DNA of 64,000 bases. Origin: an uncultured delta proteobacterium (GTDB taxonomy: Bacteria > Myxococcota > Myxococcia > Myxococcales > Myxococcaceae). Shown here piece by piece: positions 1 through 10,700 of this stretch (positions are counted from its first letter, which is position 1; each line of letters begins with the position of its first letter). The notes beneath the pieces are model-generated. The model made no database searches. It had not been told where the DNA came from and saw nothing but the letters and a program-made list of their open reading frames with translations. The stretch covers positions 96,001 through 160,000 of the forward strand of contig CAVYSY010000001.1 of assembly GCA_963771175.1 (NCBI GenBank). Direction: 5' to 3'. The translations under genes and the position numbers were made by a program.

Positions 1-128
1 GACCGCGGATTCTCCCGGAGGGGCGGAAAAATGGGGGGAAAAATCCGGTGTATGCCTCCCCCGGGGTTCATGCGTCCTCTCCTGTGGAAACCGGGCAACG
101 AGGTCCAATCTTGAAGGGCACCGCCGTC

Positions 129-662
129 ATGGACGAGACGCCGATGGGAGCGAGGGGCACTCCCCTCGACTTCGACGTGCTCGTGGAGAGCGAGCAGGCC
201 GCTCTCCTGCGCCTGGCGCGGCGGCTCGTCTGGGACGGGGAGGAGGCGAGGGACCTCGTCCAGGCCTCCCTGGCGGATGCCTACGAGAAGCGCCACACCC
301 TCCGGGACTCCAAGGCGGGCCCGGCCTGGCTGCGGCGCATCCTCGTCTCGCGTGCCATTGGCCACCTGCGCCGACGCCGGGTGTGGAACGTCGTCCGGGA
401 GGTGCTGGACCTCGGACCTGACTCGCACCCCTCGCCCGAGGAGCGCTTCGCCGGTGTCGAGCGCTGGCGCGCCTTCGGCCGGGCCCTGAGGACCCTTCCG
501 GTCCAGCAGGCCACGGCCTTCTCCCTCCGCTACCTGGAGGGGCTCGAGCTCGATGCCATCGCCGATGCCATGAACATCGGCCGCGGCACCGTCCGCATCC
601 ACCTCTACCGTGCGCTGCAGAAGCTCAAGGCCGCTGACGCGCTTCGAGGAGACACCCCATGA
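129..662 (+). CDS. ECF-family RNA polymerase sigma factor
   Basis: Region 2 (EEARDLVQASLADAY...AWLRRI) and region 4 HTH (LELDAIADAMNIGRGTVRIHLYRA). ATG at 129 chosen; stop overlaps the next gene (ATGA). Confidence 0.9.
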   Translation: MDETPMGARGTPLDFDVLVESEQAALLRLARRLVWDGEEARDLVQASLADAYEKRHTLRDSKAGPAWLRRILVSRAIGHLRRRRVWNVVREVLDLGPDSHPSPEERFAGVERWRAFGRALRTLPVQQATAFSLRYLEGLELDAIADAMNIGRGTVRIHLYRALQKLKAADALRGDTP

Positions 663-1234
663 GCTGCCAGGACTTCGCCGCGGCCCTCGTGGACGAGCGC
701 CTGCCCCGGCCTCCGGGCCTCCAGGCCCACCTGGAGCAGTGCGCCGAGTGCCGGGTGCTCGCCCGCCTCCATGCGTCCGCCAGTTCGCTGCGCCTGCCCG
801 ATCCGCCGGAGCCGGCCGCCATTCCTCGCGAGGCCATCCTCGGAGAGGTGCGCCGCCGCCAGCACCGCCGCCGGGTGGCCGCCAGCGTCACCGCCTCCGC
901 CGCCGCGGTCGCCCTGGTGCTGCTCGTCTCGCCGAGCGTGAGGATGCCGGTATCCGTCGAGTCCACACCGGTGATGGGCGGCCCCCTCGAGGGCTCCCTG
1001 CGAGTCGAGCAGCCCAGTCAGGCAGCGCCGGCCGAGCAGGGGGAGGTCGCCTCCATCGGACTGCTGTTCGACGAGGTGCACGGCTACACGCGCACCAATC
1101 CGAGCGTCGAGGACGCGATGTACGAGCCCTTCGGCGCGCTCGCCGCGTGGGTGCGCCCGCCGGACGCCACGGCGCTCGAAGCGGAGCCCTTCCAGTCGGC
1201 CCTCGTGGCCTTCCATGTCTCGAAGTCGCAGTGA
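659..1234 (+). CDS. Zinc-binding (zf-HC2/ZAS) membrane anti-sigma factor
   Basis: N-terminal C...HLEQCAEC (HxxxCxxC), a hydrophobic TM segment (AAAVALVLLVS), and translational coupling to the ECF sigma. Confidence 0.85.
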   Translation: MSCQDFAAALVDERLPRPPGLQAHLEQCAECRVLARLHASASSLRLPDPPEPAAIPREAILGEVRRRQHRRRVAASVTASAAAVALVLLVSPSVRMPVSVESTPVMGGPLEGSLRVEQPSQAAPAEQGEVASIGLLFDEVHGYTRTNPSVEDAMYEPFGALAAWVRPPDATALEAEPFQSALVAFHVSKSQ

Positions 1235-1268
1235 TTCGAAGTGAAGCAGTAATGAAAGGAGCCATCCC

Positions 1269-1896
1269 ATGATGAAGAAGCTGATGTGCGCTCTCGTGGT
1301 CCTCGCCGCCGTGCCCGCGCTCGCCCAGGACAAGCAGGAGGAGAACGTGGTGATCCTCCGTGGCACGCCGGGCACGCCCCCGATGCCGCCGACTGCCGCC
1401 GATGCCTCCCGAGCCGCCCCTGGCTCCGCCGTCCTTCGGGATTCCTCCGCAGGTGGCCGCGAAGATCGGCCTGCCGCAGAACCTCGTGCAGAAGGTCCAG
1501 GATCTGACCTTCGAGGCCAATGAGGCGCTGATCGGCCTGGAGGCGGACCTCAAGCGGGCCCAGCTCGCGCTGGAGAAGGAGCTGCGCCAGCCGAGCCCCA
1601 ACGAGGGCACGGTGAAGGACCTGGTGGAGAAGACGGGCCGCGCGGAGACGGCGGTGCGCCAGAACCGGGTGGGACTGATGGTGGCCATCAAGAAGGCACT
1701 GGGCCCCGACTACTGGGCGAAGCTGGAGGCGGAGCTGGGCCCCATGCCCATGGGCGCTGGCCCGCCAGCGGATCCGCATCGAGCGGCGCCTCGTGGCCCC
1801 CAACGCGCCCGGCCAGGTGCCCCCCTCTCCGTAGCGCCAAGGAGCCCACACTCCGCGCCGCCGTCCCCTCCCATCGCCCTGACCGAGTGGCCATAG
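1269..1896 (+). CDS. Periplasmic Spy/CpxP-like (heavy-metal sensor family) helical protein; apparent frameshift near 1390
   Basis: Signal peptide MMKKLMCALVVLAAVPALA in ORF 1269-1523. The helical domain (KIGLPQNLVQKVQDL...IKKALGPDYWAKLE) is in ORF 1360-1896. The 3' end is uncertain. Confidence 0.65.
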
Positions 1897-1904
1897 TGCC
1901 GGGC

Positions 1905-3372
1905 ATGGAAGCGGACAAGAAGCACCAGTTGGAGGCGGATGCGGCCCAGCTCCAGCGGCTGGGGTACGCGCAGCAGCTCCTGCGCGACATGGGCGGCTTC
2001 TCCAACTTCGCCGTCTCCTTCTCCATCATCTCCATCCTCACCGGAGCGGTGACGCTCTATGGCCATGGCCTGCGCTTCGGCGGGCCGTTCGTCATGGGGA
2101 TCGGGTGGCCGCTGGTGGCGGGGATGACGCTGATGGTGGCGGCGAGCCTCGCGCAGCTCGCCTCCTCGTTTCCCACGGCGGGGGCGCTCTACCACTGGGC
2201 CGCCATGCTCGGGGGCCCGGGGCTGGGCTTCTTCACCGCGTGGTTCAACACCATCGGCCAGTTCGCCATCACCGCGGGCATCGACTACGGGCTGGCGGAG
2301 TTCGTCGCGGACATGCTCGGGTGGCCGAGGGAGCGGGGCTACGTGCTGCCGCTCTACGCGGCCATCCTGCTGTCGCACGCCGTGCTCAACCACGTCGGCG
2401 TGCGCGTGGTGGCGGTGCTCAACGACCTGTCGGCCTGGTACCACCTGGTGGGCGTGGCCGTGCTCATCGGCGCGCTGGTGGCCTTCGCGCCCAAGCAGGA
2501 CGCCGCCTTCCTCCTCACGCGCTTCTCCTCGGAGAGCCACTTCGCCACCCGCGGCTACGGCTACGTCTTCCTCATCGGCCTCTTGCAGGCGCAGTGGACG
2601 TTCACCGGCTACGACGCCAGCGCCCACATCTCCGAGGAGACGGTGGACCCCACGCGCAACGCGCCCTGGGGCATCTTCCTGTCCGTGGCGGTGAGCGCGG
2701 TGGTGGGCTACGCGCTGCTGGTGGGGGTGACGCTGGCCATCAAGGACCTGCCGGCCGCCACCGCCGCGGCCAATCCCTTCCTGTACGTGCTGCGCGAGTC
2801 ACTCGGGCCGGCGCTGGGCGGGGCGCTGGTGTGGATCGCCATCGGCGCCATGTGGTTCTGCGGGCTGGCCTCGGTGACGTCCAACTCGCGCATGCTCTTC
2901 GCGTTCGCGCGGGACGGGGGGCTGCCGGCCTCATCGCTGCTGGCGCGGGTGTCGCCGCGCTACCGCAGCCCGCACGTGGCCATCTGGGTGTCGGTAGTGG
3001 CGGCCTTCCTGGTGGCCATCTGGACCGGGGCCTACGCGGCCATGGTGGCGCTCAGCACGCTGGCCCTCTATGCCTCATACGCGCTGCCCGTGCTGGTGGG
3101 CTGGCGCGCGCGGCGCAGCGGGACGTGGTCGCACCAGGGGCCGTGGGACCTGGGGCGCCTGTCCACGCCGGTGAACCTGGTGGCGCTCGGCTGGGTGCGG
3201 GGTGGTGATGGTGCTCTTCGTCCTGCCTCCTAACGAGCTGGCCGGGTATACGTTCGCCGGGGCCCTCGTGCTGCTGACTGTCTACTGGGTGGCAATTCAG
3301 CGGCACACCTTCGTGGGCCCGAAGGTGACGCTGCGCGCGCCGGCACCGGTCCAGGCGGGTTCCGGGAAATGA
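1905..3372 (+). CDS. APC-family amino acid/polyamine permease; apparent frameshift near 3200
   Basis: LGYAQQL..MGGFSNFAVSFSIISI, PTAGALYHWA and GYDASAHISEET motifs, multiple TMs. The last TMs continue in another frame to TGA at 3370-3372. Confidence 0.9.
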
Positions 3373-3435
3373 GTCCGTGTGCGATCGGGTAGAACCCGGA
3401 GAGAGTCCTCTTCTTCCGAATCGGAGCCGTCCTTT

Positions 3436-4044
3436 ATGAGCAAGCGTCCACAGTCCGAGTCCTCCGAGCTGGTTGCCGCGGCGACGGCCATCGAGGAGGA
3501 GCTGGGCAAGTTCGAGACCCTGGCGGAGGAGGTCCGCAGTGGCCCGCTCCGCTCGCAGAAGCAACTGGAGAAGATGGGCAAGCTGCTCAACCAGGTGGCG
3601 GACTGCGACGAGCGGATGGTGGCGAACATGCGCTTGCTGCTCGGGGTGCTCAACAAGTGGAGGGACCGGCAGCAGACGCTGGCGACCGAGGTGAACAGCC
3701 GGGCGCAGGAGCTGCAAGAGCGCACGAAGGTGTACCAGGAGCTGATGCAGCGCTTCGGGGGGCTGGGGCAGGAGGCGGGGGCGCTCAGCACGCAGATGCA
3801 GGAGGTGGCCGGGATGACGCAGCAGGGCCAGCCGCTGAAGGCGGAGGAGATCATCTCCTCGCTGCAGCAGGTGAACGAGCGGATGACGCAGGTGGCGGAG
3901 CACGCCGGGAAGCTGGCGAGCGACGCGGAGGCGCACGACTTCCTGGACGTGTCGCGCGACGCCGAGTCCCTGAAGCAGCAGCTCCTGGCGGCGCGCAACC
4001 GGGCGAACCTGCTGCAGCAGAAGCTGCACCCGGCCAACGCCTGA
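3436..4044 (+). CDS. Hypothetical coiled-coil protein
   Basis: Good codon bias; E/Q/L/A-rich heptad pattern throughout. Confidence 0.7.
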   Translation: MSKRPQSESSELVAAATAIEEELGKFETLAEEVRSGPLRSQKQLEKMGKLLNQVADCDERMVANMRLLLGVLNKWRDRQQTLATEVNSRAQELQERTKVYQELMQRFGGLGQEAGALSTQMQEVAGMTQQGQPLKAEEIISSLQQVNERMTQVAEHAGKLASDAEAHDFLDVSRDAESLKQQLLAARNRANLLQQKLHPANA

Positions 4045-4110
4045 GCCCCCAGGGGGCGGGCGGTCGGGGCCAAGAAGGCGTAGGGCCCCGAGGGGCGGGG
4101 GAGGGGACGC

Positions 4111-4548
4111 TCAGGCGGACCGGGGGAGCTTCGTCCGGCTCATCTCGAGGACGCGCTTGAAGTGCTCGCCGGAGACGGGGGCCACGCTCAGCCGGCTCCG
4201 GGTGATGAGGGGGAAGTCCTTCAGCTCGTGGGTGGCCTTGATGGTGGCGAGCGTCACCGGCTCCTGGACGGCCACCAGGGGGCCCATGTCCGCCGAGGCC
4301 CAGTCCTCACCGGGCGCGGTGGGGTCCGAGCCCGGCTCGGTGAGCACGCGGGCCACGCCCACCACCGCCTTGCCCTCGTTCGAGTGGTAGTAGAGACACA
4401 GGTCCCCCGGCTTCATCGCCCGGATGTTGTTGCGAGCCTCGAAGCTGCGCACGCCCGTCCACTCCGTCCTGCCGTCCTTCACCAACTGCTCGTAGGGGTA
4501 GACGGAGGGCTCGCTCTTGATCAGCCAGTATTGGGGTTTCTTCGCCAT
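4111..4548 (-). CDS. EVE domain protein
   Basis: YWLIKSEP...WTGVRSFEARNNIRAMKPGDLCLYYHS...RLSVAPV is typical of the EVE (thymocyte nuclear protein-like) family. Confidence 0.92.
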   Translation of the reverse strand: MAKKPQYWLIKSEPSVYPYEQLVKDGRTEWTGVRSFEARNNIRAMKPGDLCLYYHSNEGKAVVGVARVLTEPGSDPTAPGEDWASADMGPLVAVQEPVTLATIKATHELKDFPLITRSRLSVAPVSGEHFKRVLEMSRTKLPRSA

Positions 4549-4575
4549 GGCGCGCGCATGGTAGAGAGCAAGCCC

Positions 4576-6072
4576 ATGGCCATCCAGGGATATGACGAGC
4601 TCGACGCCACCGCCCTCGCCGAGCGGGTGAGCAAGAAGGAGGTCCACCCGACCGAGCTGGTCGAGGAGGCCATCTCACGCATCGAGGCCCTCAACCCGAA
4701 GCTCAACGCCGTGGTCCACAAGATGTACGACCAGGCGCGCAAGGCCGCCGCGGGAGCGCTGCCCGAGGGGCCGTTCTCCGGGGTGCCCTTCCTGGTGAAG
4801 GACCTCGACGGCTATCTGGCGGGCGAGCCCTACGCGGGCGGGTGCCGGGCGCTGGTGGGCTTCATCCCCGACCATGACTCGGCGCTCCTCGCGCGCCAGC
4901 GTCGCACGGGCGTCATCATCGTCGGCAAGACGAACACGCCCGAGCTGGGAATCCTCGGCGTCACCGAGCCGGCGCTGCGCGGACCGACGCGCAACCCCTG
5001 GAACCCGGAGCACACGCCGGGAGGCTCCAGCGGAGGCTCGGCGGCGTGCGTGGCGGCGCGGGTGGTGCCCATGGCCCACGGCGGTGACGGCGGCGGCTCC
5101 ATCCGCATCCCCGCGTCCGCCTGCGGCCTCTTCGGGATCAAGCCGACCCGCGCGCGCAACCCCGTGGGCCCGGACGTCGGTGAAGGGTGGGGTGGCTTCG
5201 TCCAGCAGCACGTGCTGACCCGCAGCGTGCGCGACAGCGCCGCGATGCTCGATGCGACGCAGGGACCGGAGTCCGGTGCTCCGTACATGGTGGTGCCTCC
5301 CGCCCGGCCCTACCTCCAGGAGGTGGGCACTCCGCCCGGACGACTCCGCATCGCCTTCTCCACCGGCTCGCTGTTCGGCAAGCACGTCCACCCGGACTGC
5401 GTGGAGGCGGTCCGGGACGCGGCGAAGCTCTGCGAGGAGCTGGGACACGAGGTCGTCGAGGACGCGCCGCGGTTTGACCGCGAGGAGCTGGTGCGCGCGT
5501 ACCTGGTGACCGTCGCGGCCAACGTGGCGGTGCAGATGAAGGAGATAGCCCAGCTCATGGGCAAGCCCGTGGGAGCGACCGACGTCGAGCCGTCGACCTG
5601 GGCGCTCGCGCAGATTGGCCATATGCTCTCCGCGGTGGACATGCAGGAGGCGCGGGACTCCAACCTCCGGACGAGCCGGCTGATGGCGACCTTCCACGAG
5701 CGCTATGACCTGTTCCTCGACGCGACGCTCGCCTATCCACCGGTGCGTGTTGGCGAGCTGGCGCTCAAGCCGGCCGAGCTCGCCGCGCTGACGGTCCTGC
5801 GCAAGCTTCCGCTGAGGCCTGTCGTCATGAAGCTGTTCGACCAACTCGCGGCCAACAGCCTGGAGCGGACGCCGAACACCCAGCTCTTCAACCAGTCGGG
5901 ACAGCCGGCGATGTCGGTGCCGCTCTACTGGAACGCCGCCGGACTGCCCATCGGGGTGCAGTTCGCCGCGCGCTTCGGAGACGAGGCCACGCTGTTCCGG
6001 CTCGCGGCGCAGCTGGAGCAGGCCCGCCCGTGGGTGGGGCGCAAGCCTCGGGTCTCAGGGCGGGGCGAGTAG
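4576..6072 (+). CDS. Amidase signature family enzyme
   Basis: GVPFLVKD, GKTNTPE, PGGSSGGSAA and GGDGGGSIRIPAS motifs. Confidence 0.95.
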   Translation: MAIQGYDELDATALAERVSKKEVHPTELVEEAISRIEALNPKLNAVVHKMYDQARKAAAGALPEGPFSGVPFLVKDLDGYLAGEPYAGGCRALVGFIPDHDSALLARQRRTGVIIVGKTNTPELGILGVTEPALRGPTRNPWNPEHTPGGSSGGSAACVAARVVPMAHGGDGGGSIRIPASACGLFGIKPTRARNPVGPDVGEGWGGFVQQHVLTRSVRDSAAMLDATQGPESGAPYMVVPPARPYLQEVGTPPGRLRIAFSTGSLFGKHVHPDCVEAVRDAAKLCEELGHEVVEDAPRFDREELVRAYLVTVAANVAVQMKEIAQLMGKPVGATDVEPSTWALAQIGHMLSAVDMQEARDSNLRTSRLMATFHERYDLFLDATLAYPPVRVGELALKPAELAALTVLRKLPLRPVVMKLFDQLAANSLERTPNTQLFNQSGQPAMSVPLYWNAAGLPIGVQFAARFGDEATLFRLAAQLEQARPWVGRKPRVSGRGE

Positions 6073-6148
6073 CCCACGAGCCGGCTCGAAGGGATGCCTC
6101 CGCCCGCCCCGGACCTGGGAGCGAGCGGAGCCTCACGTCACGCGGGGA

Positions 6149-6349
6149 CTAGCGGAAGCAGACGCAGCGGCCGAACTCACAGACGACGGCGTCCGGCTCG
6201 CCACACACCTTCATGCTGTCGCAGTGGTAGTCCTGGACACACTCGGCGGCCTGCGCCTCCGCCGGGGTGAAGGCCACGGCAAGGCCCAGGCCCAGGCCCA
6301 GGCCCAGAGCCAGCGCGGTCACAGTCAGGATGCTCTTCGCCTTCTTCAT
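6149..6349 (-). CDS. Small secreted six-cysteine peptide (defensin/CS-alpha-beta-like spacing)
   Basis: MKKAKSILTVTALALGLGLGLGLAVAFTPAEAQA signal followed by AECVQDYHCDSMKVCGEPDAVVCEFGRCVCFR; GGGAGAGA SD-like sequence upstream. Confidence 0.75.
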   Translation of the reverse strand: MKKAKSILTVTALALGLGLGLGLAVAFTPAEAQAAECVQDYHCDSMKVCGEPDAVVCEFGRCVCFR

Positions 6350-6577
6350 GGTCTCTCTCCCAAGGGTTGTGAGGTCGGCCCACCCGCGAATACGCGAAGG
6401 GGAAGGTCCAATCCTAGCAAAACAAGCTAGTGTGTTGAAGCGTGGATAAGCAGAAAATCGCACGGGCCTGGACCGCGCCGTCGGGAATGGACCGAAGCGG
6501 CTGCTGCCCGGGGTTGGAAGGTCAGCGCGACTCGCCCTGAGGTAGGCGCTGTCTCCGCGACGAGAGAGGAAGAGGAG

Positions 6578-7636
6578 ATGCACCCCCACGTGAGCTTCAC
6601 CCCGGATGACACGGATTGGCGTCTGCCGCTTGCGGGCCCGGGTCTGTTGCTCGACGTGCCGAGCGCGGGCCGCTGGAGCGGGCGGCCGTCCCTTCATGTG
6701 GAGGTCGCACCGTACTACCGATTGCGCGTGAGCAGTGGAGGCCAGCCGCTGCTCTGGTTGCGCATCGACGACTGGTGGGATGGGTGTGGTCTGCTCCGGG
6801 GAACCGTCAGTACCCCCTGGGGCTTCTCCCCTCTCTCGGCAGTCGAGGTGCGCGCCATCGTGCACGCGCCCGGGTCCTCCCGCTGGTGGGAAGCCTGGAC
6901 GTGGCACATGGCGAGGGAGCTCGCCCAGGCCACGCACCCGGTGCTTCACGCGGGCCGCTGGTGCCTGCGGCCCCTCCGTCCCGTGACGCTTCGTGAATCG
7001 GCTTCCTACCGCAGCGTCCCCCGGGCCCGGCCTGGCAGCTCGCCCGATCCTCCTCATGGGCTCGAGCGGCTCCTGCGCGTGGAGCGCTTCTGGACGGAGG
7101 AGTGGGCCGGAGGTGGCATCCCGGCGGGCGTGAAGGTGAACAGCGGGGCCGTGCTGCCTCTGCGCGCTCCGTCACCCGAGGACGATGGCCGAGTCAAGAG
7201 CTGGCGCAAGCATGCGCGCGAGGGGACATTGCCTCCGGCGGTGCTGCTCTACGTGGAACTCGTCGGGAAGTGGCTGGTGCTCGACGGGCACGACCGCCTG
7301 CACGCGGCCCTGCTCGAAGGAGTCTCTCCCCCCGTGCTGGGTCTCTGGCCCGTCTTCGAGGAGCCCATCCCCGAGGAACCCTTCCGGCGCGAGGGGATGT
7401 GGCTCGCGGCGGAGGCGCAATTGCGCAACCGGAAGACACCGGAAGGCATCGACGGAGCCAACCGGACGCTGCTGCGCGAGTACATGGGCGTCCAGCGCAC
7501 CGCCGTGACGCGGGCCTGGCCCGTGCGAGGGGGCCTCGATGCCTGGCGGGCCGAGGTGCTCGCCTGGCGACGGTGGAGCCCCTTCCCGGTGGATGAGCGG
7601 GCCTGGGACTGGTTCGCCCACGCCGAACTGTATTGA
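6578..7636 (+). CDS. Trp-rich hypothetical protein with a C-terminal ParB/sulfiredoxin-like motif
   Basis: 352 aa ORF with a strong AGGAG RBS; LPPAVL...LVLDGHDRLHAA resembles the ParB-N GxxRxxA motif. Confidence 0.6.
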   Translation: MHPHVSFTPDDTDWRLPLAGPGLLLDVPSAGRWSGRPSLHVEVAPYYRLRVSSGGQPLLWLRIDDWWDGCGLLRGTVSTPWGFSPLSAVEVRAIVHAPGSSRWWEAWTWHMARELAQATHPVLHAGRWCLRPLRPVTLRESASYRSVPRARPGSSPDPPHGLERLLRVERFWTEEWAGGGIPAGVKVNSGAVLPLRAPSPEDDGRVKSWRKHAREGTLPPAVLLYVELVGKWLVLDGHDRLHAALLEGVSPPVLGLWPVFEEPIPEEPFRREGMWLAAEAQLRNRKTPEGIDGANRTLLREYMGVQRTAVTRAWPVRGGLDAWRAEVLAWRRWSPFPVDERAWDWFAHAELY

Positions 7637-7760
7637 GAGCACTCCAACGCGGGTCTGCATTTCCTCGGGCACACGCCGAGCGGGTACGCTCACCCCGGAG
7701 AGAACTTCTGGCGGGCTCGTTCGTTACCTCGCGACGCCCTTCCTCTCGTAGGGGATTCCC

Positions 7761-10700
7761 GTGCTCGAATACCTCGCGCCACGCACCGTCGTGGCGCTCC
7801 TCGCTCTTGGACTGTCCGTGCCTTTCTCTCTCAACCAGTACGTCCTTGGAGCCAAGGCGGACACCCAGTCTCTCGGCGGGCCGAACCGCTACCAGACCTT
7901 CGTCAGCACCGACAAGCCGCTCTATCGCCCGGGCGAGCAGGTGATGGCGCGCGGCCTGCTGCTCCATGCGAATGACCGCAAGCCGCACCCGGGTGGGGCT
8001 CCGGCGCAGATCGAGATCCGCGGGCCAAAGGGAGACGTGGTCACCTCCGCGATGGTGAACATCCAGGACGCGGTCTGGGGCTACTCGTGGGCCGTGCCCG
8101 CCGAGGCCGCGGGCGGTGAGTACACGCTCAAGGTCTCCTACCCCCGGACGGGAGACGCCCCGGCCGAGCGGAAGTTCGACGTGCGCGCCTACCGGGCGCC
8201 TCGGCTCAAGTCGCAGATCGAGTTCCTGCGCGACGGCTACGGGCCGGGTGACACGGTCACCGCGACGCTCGACGTGAAGCGTGCCGAGGGCGGCGTGCCC
8301 GCGGGCGCGAAGGTCACCGCCACTGCCCTCGTCGACGGTGCCGCCGCGGCGCAGGTGTCGGGCACGGTGAACGAGAAGGGCCTGTGCACGGTCAGCTTCA
8401 AGTTGCCGGCGCGGATCGACCGTGGCGAGGGCTCGCTCGCCTTCGCCATCGAGGACGGCGGTGTGGTGGAGACCGCGGCGAAGACGATCCCCATCCTGCT
8501 GCAGACGCTGGACCTGGCCATGTATCCGGAGGGCGGGGACCTGGTGGCGGGCCTGCTGGGGCGCGTCTACTTCGAGGCGAAGACGCCGGCCCAGAAGCCC
8601 GCGGACCTGGTGGGTGCGGTGGTGGATCAGGCCACGGGCCAGGTGGTGGCCACGGTGCGCTCGGAGCATGAGGGACGCGGCCGCTTCGAGCTGACCCCGA
8701 AGGCCGGGGCGAAGTACGCGTTGCGCATCGACGAGCCGTCGGGCATCCGCAAGACGTTCCCCCTGCCCGAGGTGAAGGCCAAGGGCGCCATCCTGCGCGC
8801 GAGCGAGGACGTGGTGGCGGCGGGCAAGCCCGTCACTCTCTCCGTGGCGCTGTCGGGCGTGAGCAAGGCGAAGCTGACGCTGAGCAAGCGCGAGGTGGAG
8901 GTGGCCTCGGCGCAGGTGGGCGACGGGGGCAGGGTGACGCTCAACCCGAAGGACGCGGACGGAGTGCTCGTCGCCACGGTGTGGGACCACGACGGCCGCC
9001 CGCTCGCGGAGCGGCTGGTGTTCCGCCAGCCCGCCAAGGCGGTGAACATCGAGGTGCGCACGGACAAGAAGAGCTACATCCCGGGCGACACGGTGCAGCT
9101 CACCGCGAAGACGACGCAGGACGGCAAGCCCGTCTCGGCGGTGGTGATGCTCACCGTGACGGATGACGCGGTGCTCGAGCTGATCGAGAAGCGCGACCAG
9201 GCGCCGCAGCTGCCGGTGATGGTGCTGCTGGAGCCCGAGGTGAAGGAGTTGGCCGACGCGCACGTGTACCTGGACGAGAAGAACCCGAAGGCCCGGCTGG
9301 CGGTGGACCTGCTGCTGGGCACCCAGGGCTGGCGGCGGTTCGCGCTCGCCAACGCGGTGAACTTCGTGGCGCAGCACGGCGACCTGGCCCGGCGCGCGCT
9401 CGCGGTCCGTGTCCCGACCGGCTACGGGGAGTTCGAGGGTGGTTTCGCCGCCGATGATGACTTCGGCGGAATGCCCGATGGGGCCCGGCGGCGGTCGATG
9501 CCCAAGAAACCGATGATGGCCCGGGGGGGCGCCGAACCGGAGGACATGCCCGTACCCATGGCCGCGCCTCCGCCGCAGGCCGCGCGCCCGCCGCCAGCTC
9601 CTCAACCCGCGGCGGCCCCGCCTCCGCCTCCTGTCATGCGGCAGCAGCCCGTGGGCAGGGTGGCCGAGGCCAGGCCGGAGCCGATGCCCAATGCCAGCAT
9701 GGCGGGCGCGGTGGCCAGAAGCGATCGGGCTAAACGGGATATGGACCTCTTGCTGGCCAAGGAGGAGGTGGCCGCCATGCCGAGGCTCCAACAGCAGCAG
9801 GTGGTCTACTTCCGCGAGTACGCGCACACGGTGCGGCCGGGCCGCAAGGCGGGCGACCGCGTGGACTTCTCGGAGACGCTCTACTGGAACGCGGGCGTGC
9901 GCACCGACGCGAAGACGGGCGAGGCGAAGGTCTCGTTCGGCCTGAACGACTCGGTGACGAGCTTCAAGGCGTTCGCTGGCGCGGTCGGCAATGACGGGGC
10001 GCTCGGCTCGGCCGTGGCGGAGATTGAGTCGGTGCAGCCGTTCTACGTCGAGCCGAAGATCCCCCTCGAGGTCACCTCGGGCGACGTCATCCAGCTGCCG
10101 GTGGCGCTGGTGAACGGCACCGCGTCGCCGCTCAAGGGAGCGGGACTGAAGCTCGAGCTGAAGGGAGACGTGAGGGTGGGGGCGCTGGGCACGGTGGATC
10201 TGGCGGCGAAGGAGCGCGTCCGGCGCATCGTCGAGCTGAAGATCGGCCAGGAGTCCAAGCCGGTGGATCTGAAGCTGGCGGCGTCCGCGGGCAACTACAT
10301 GGATACGGTGACGCGCACGCTGACGATCAAGCCCAACGGCTTCCCGATCAGCGCCTCGTTCGGCGGGCTGGTGTCGGCTCAGCGGCCGGCTGTGCACACG
10401 GTGACGCTGCCGGCGAACGTGGTGCGCGGCAGCGTGAAGTCGTCGGTCGTGGTGTACCCGACGCCGCTGGCCAACATGACCGAGTCGCTGGCGCGGCTGA
10501 TCCGCGATCCCTACGGCTGCTTCGAGCAGACGAGCTCGACGACGTACCCGCTGACGATGGCGCAGCAGTACTTCCAGTCGCACAGCGGGGTAGACCCGAC
10601 GCTGGTGGCCACGGCGAAGGAGAAGCTGGAGGCGGGCTACAAGCGGCTGGTGGGCTTCGAGACCTCGGAGAGGGGCTACGAGTGGTTCGGAGAGAACCCG

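Noticed and set aside
6442..6450. DnaA-box-like TTATCCACG on the minus strand
   Set aside because: A single imperfect box with no cluster and no origin-associated genes.
6149..7057. 302-aa minus-strand ORF
   Set aside because: Only the last 66 codons look like a real protein; the rest overlaps the plus-strand gene and the intergenic region.
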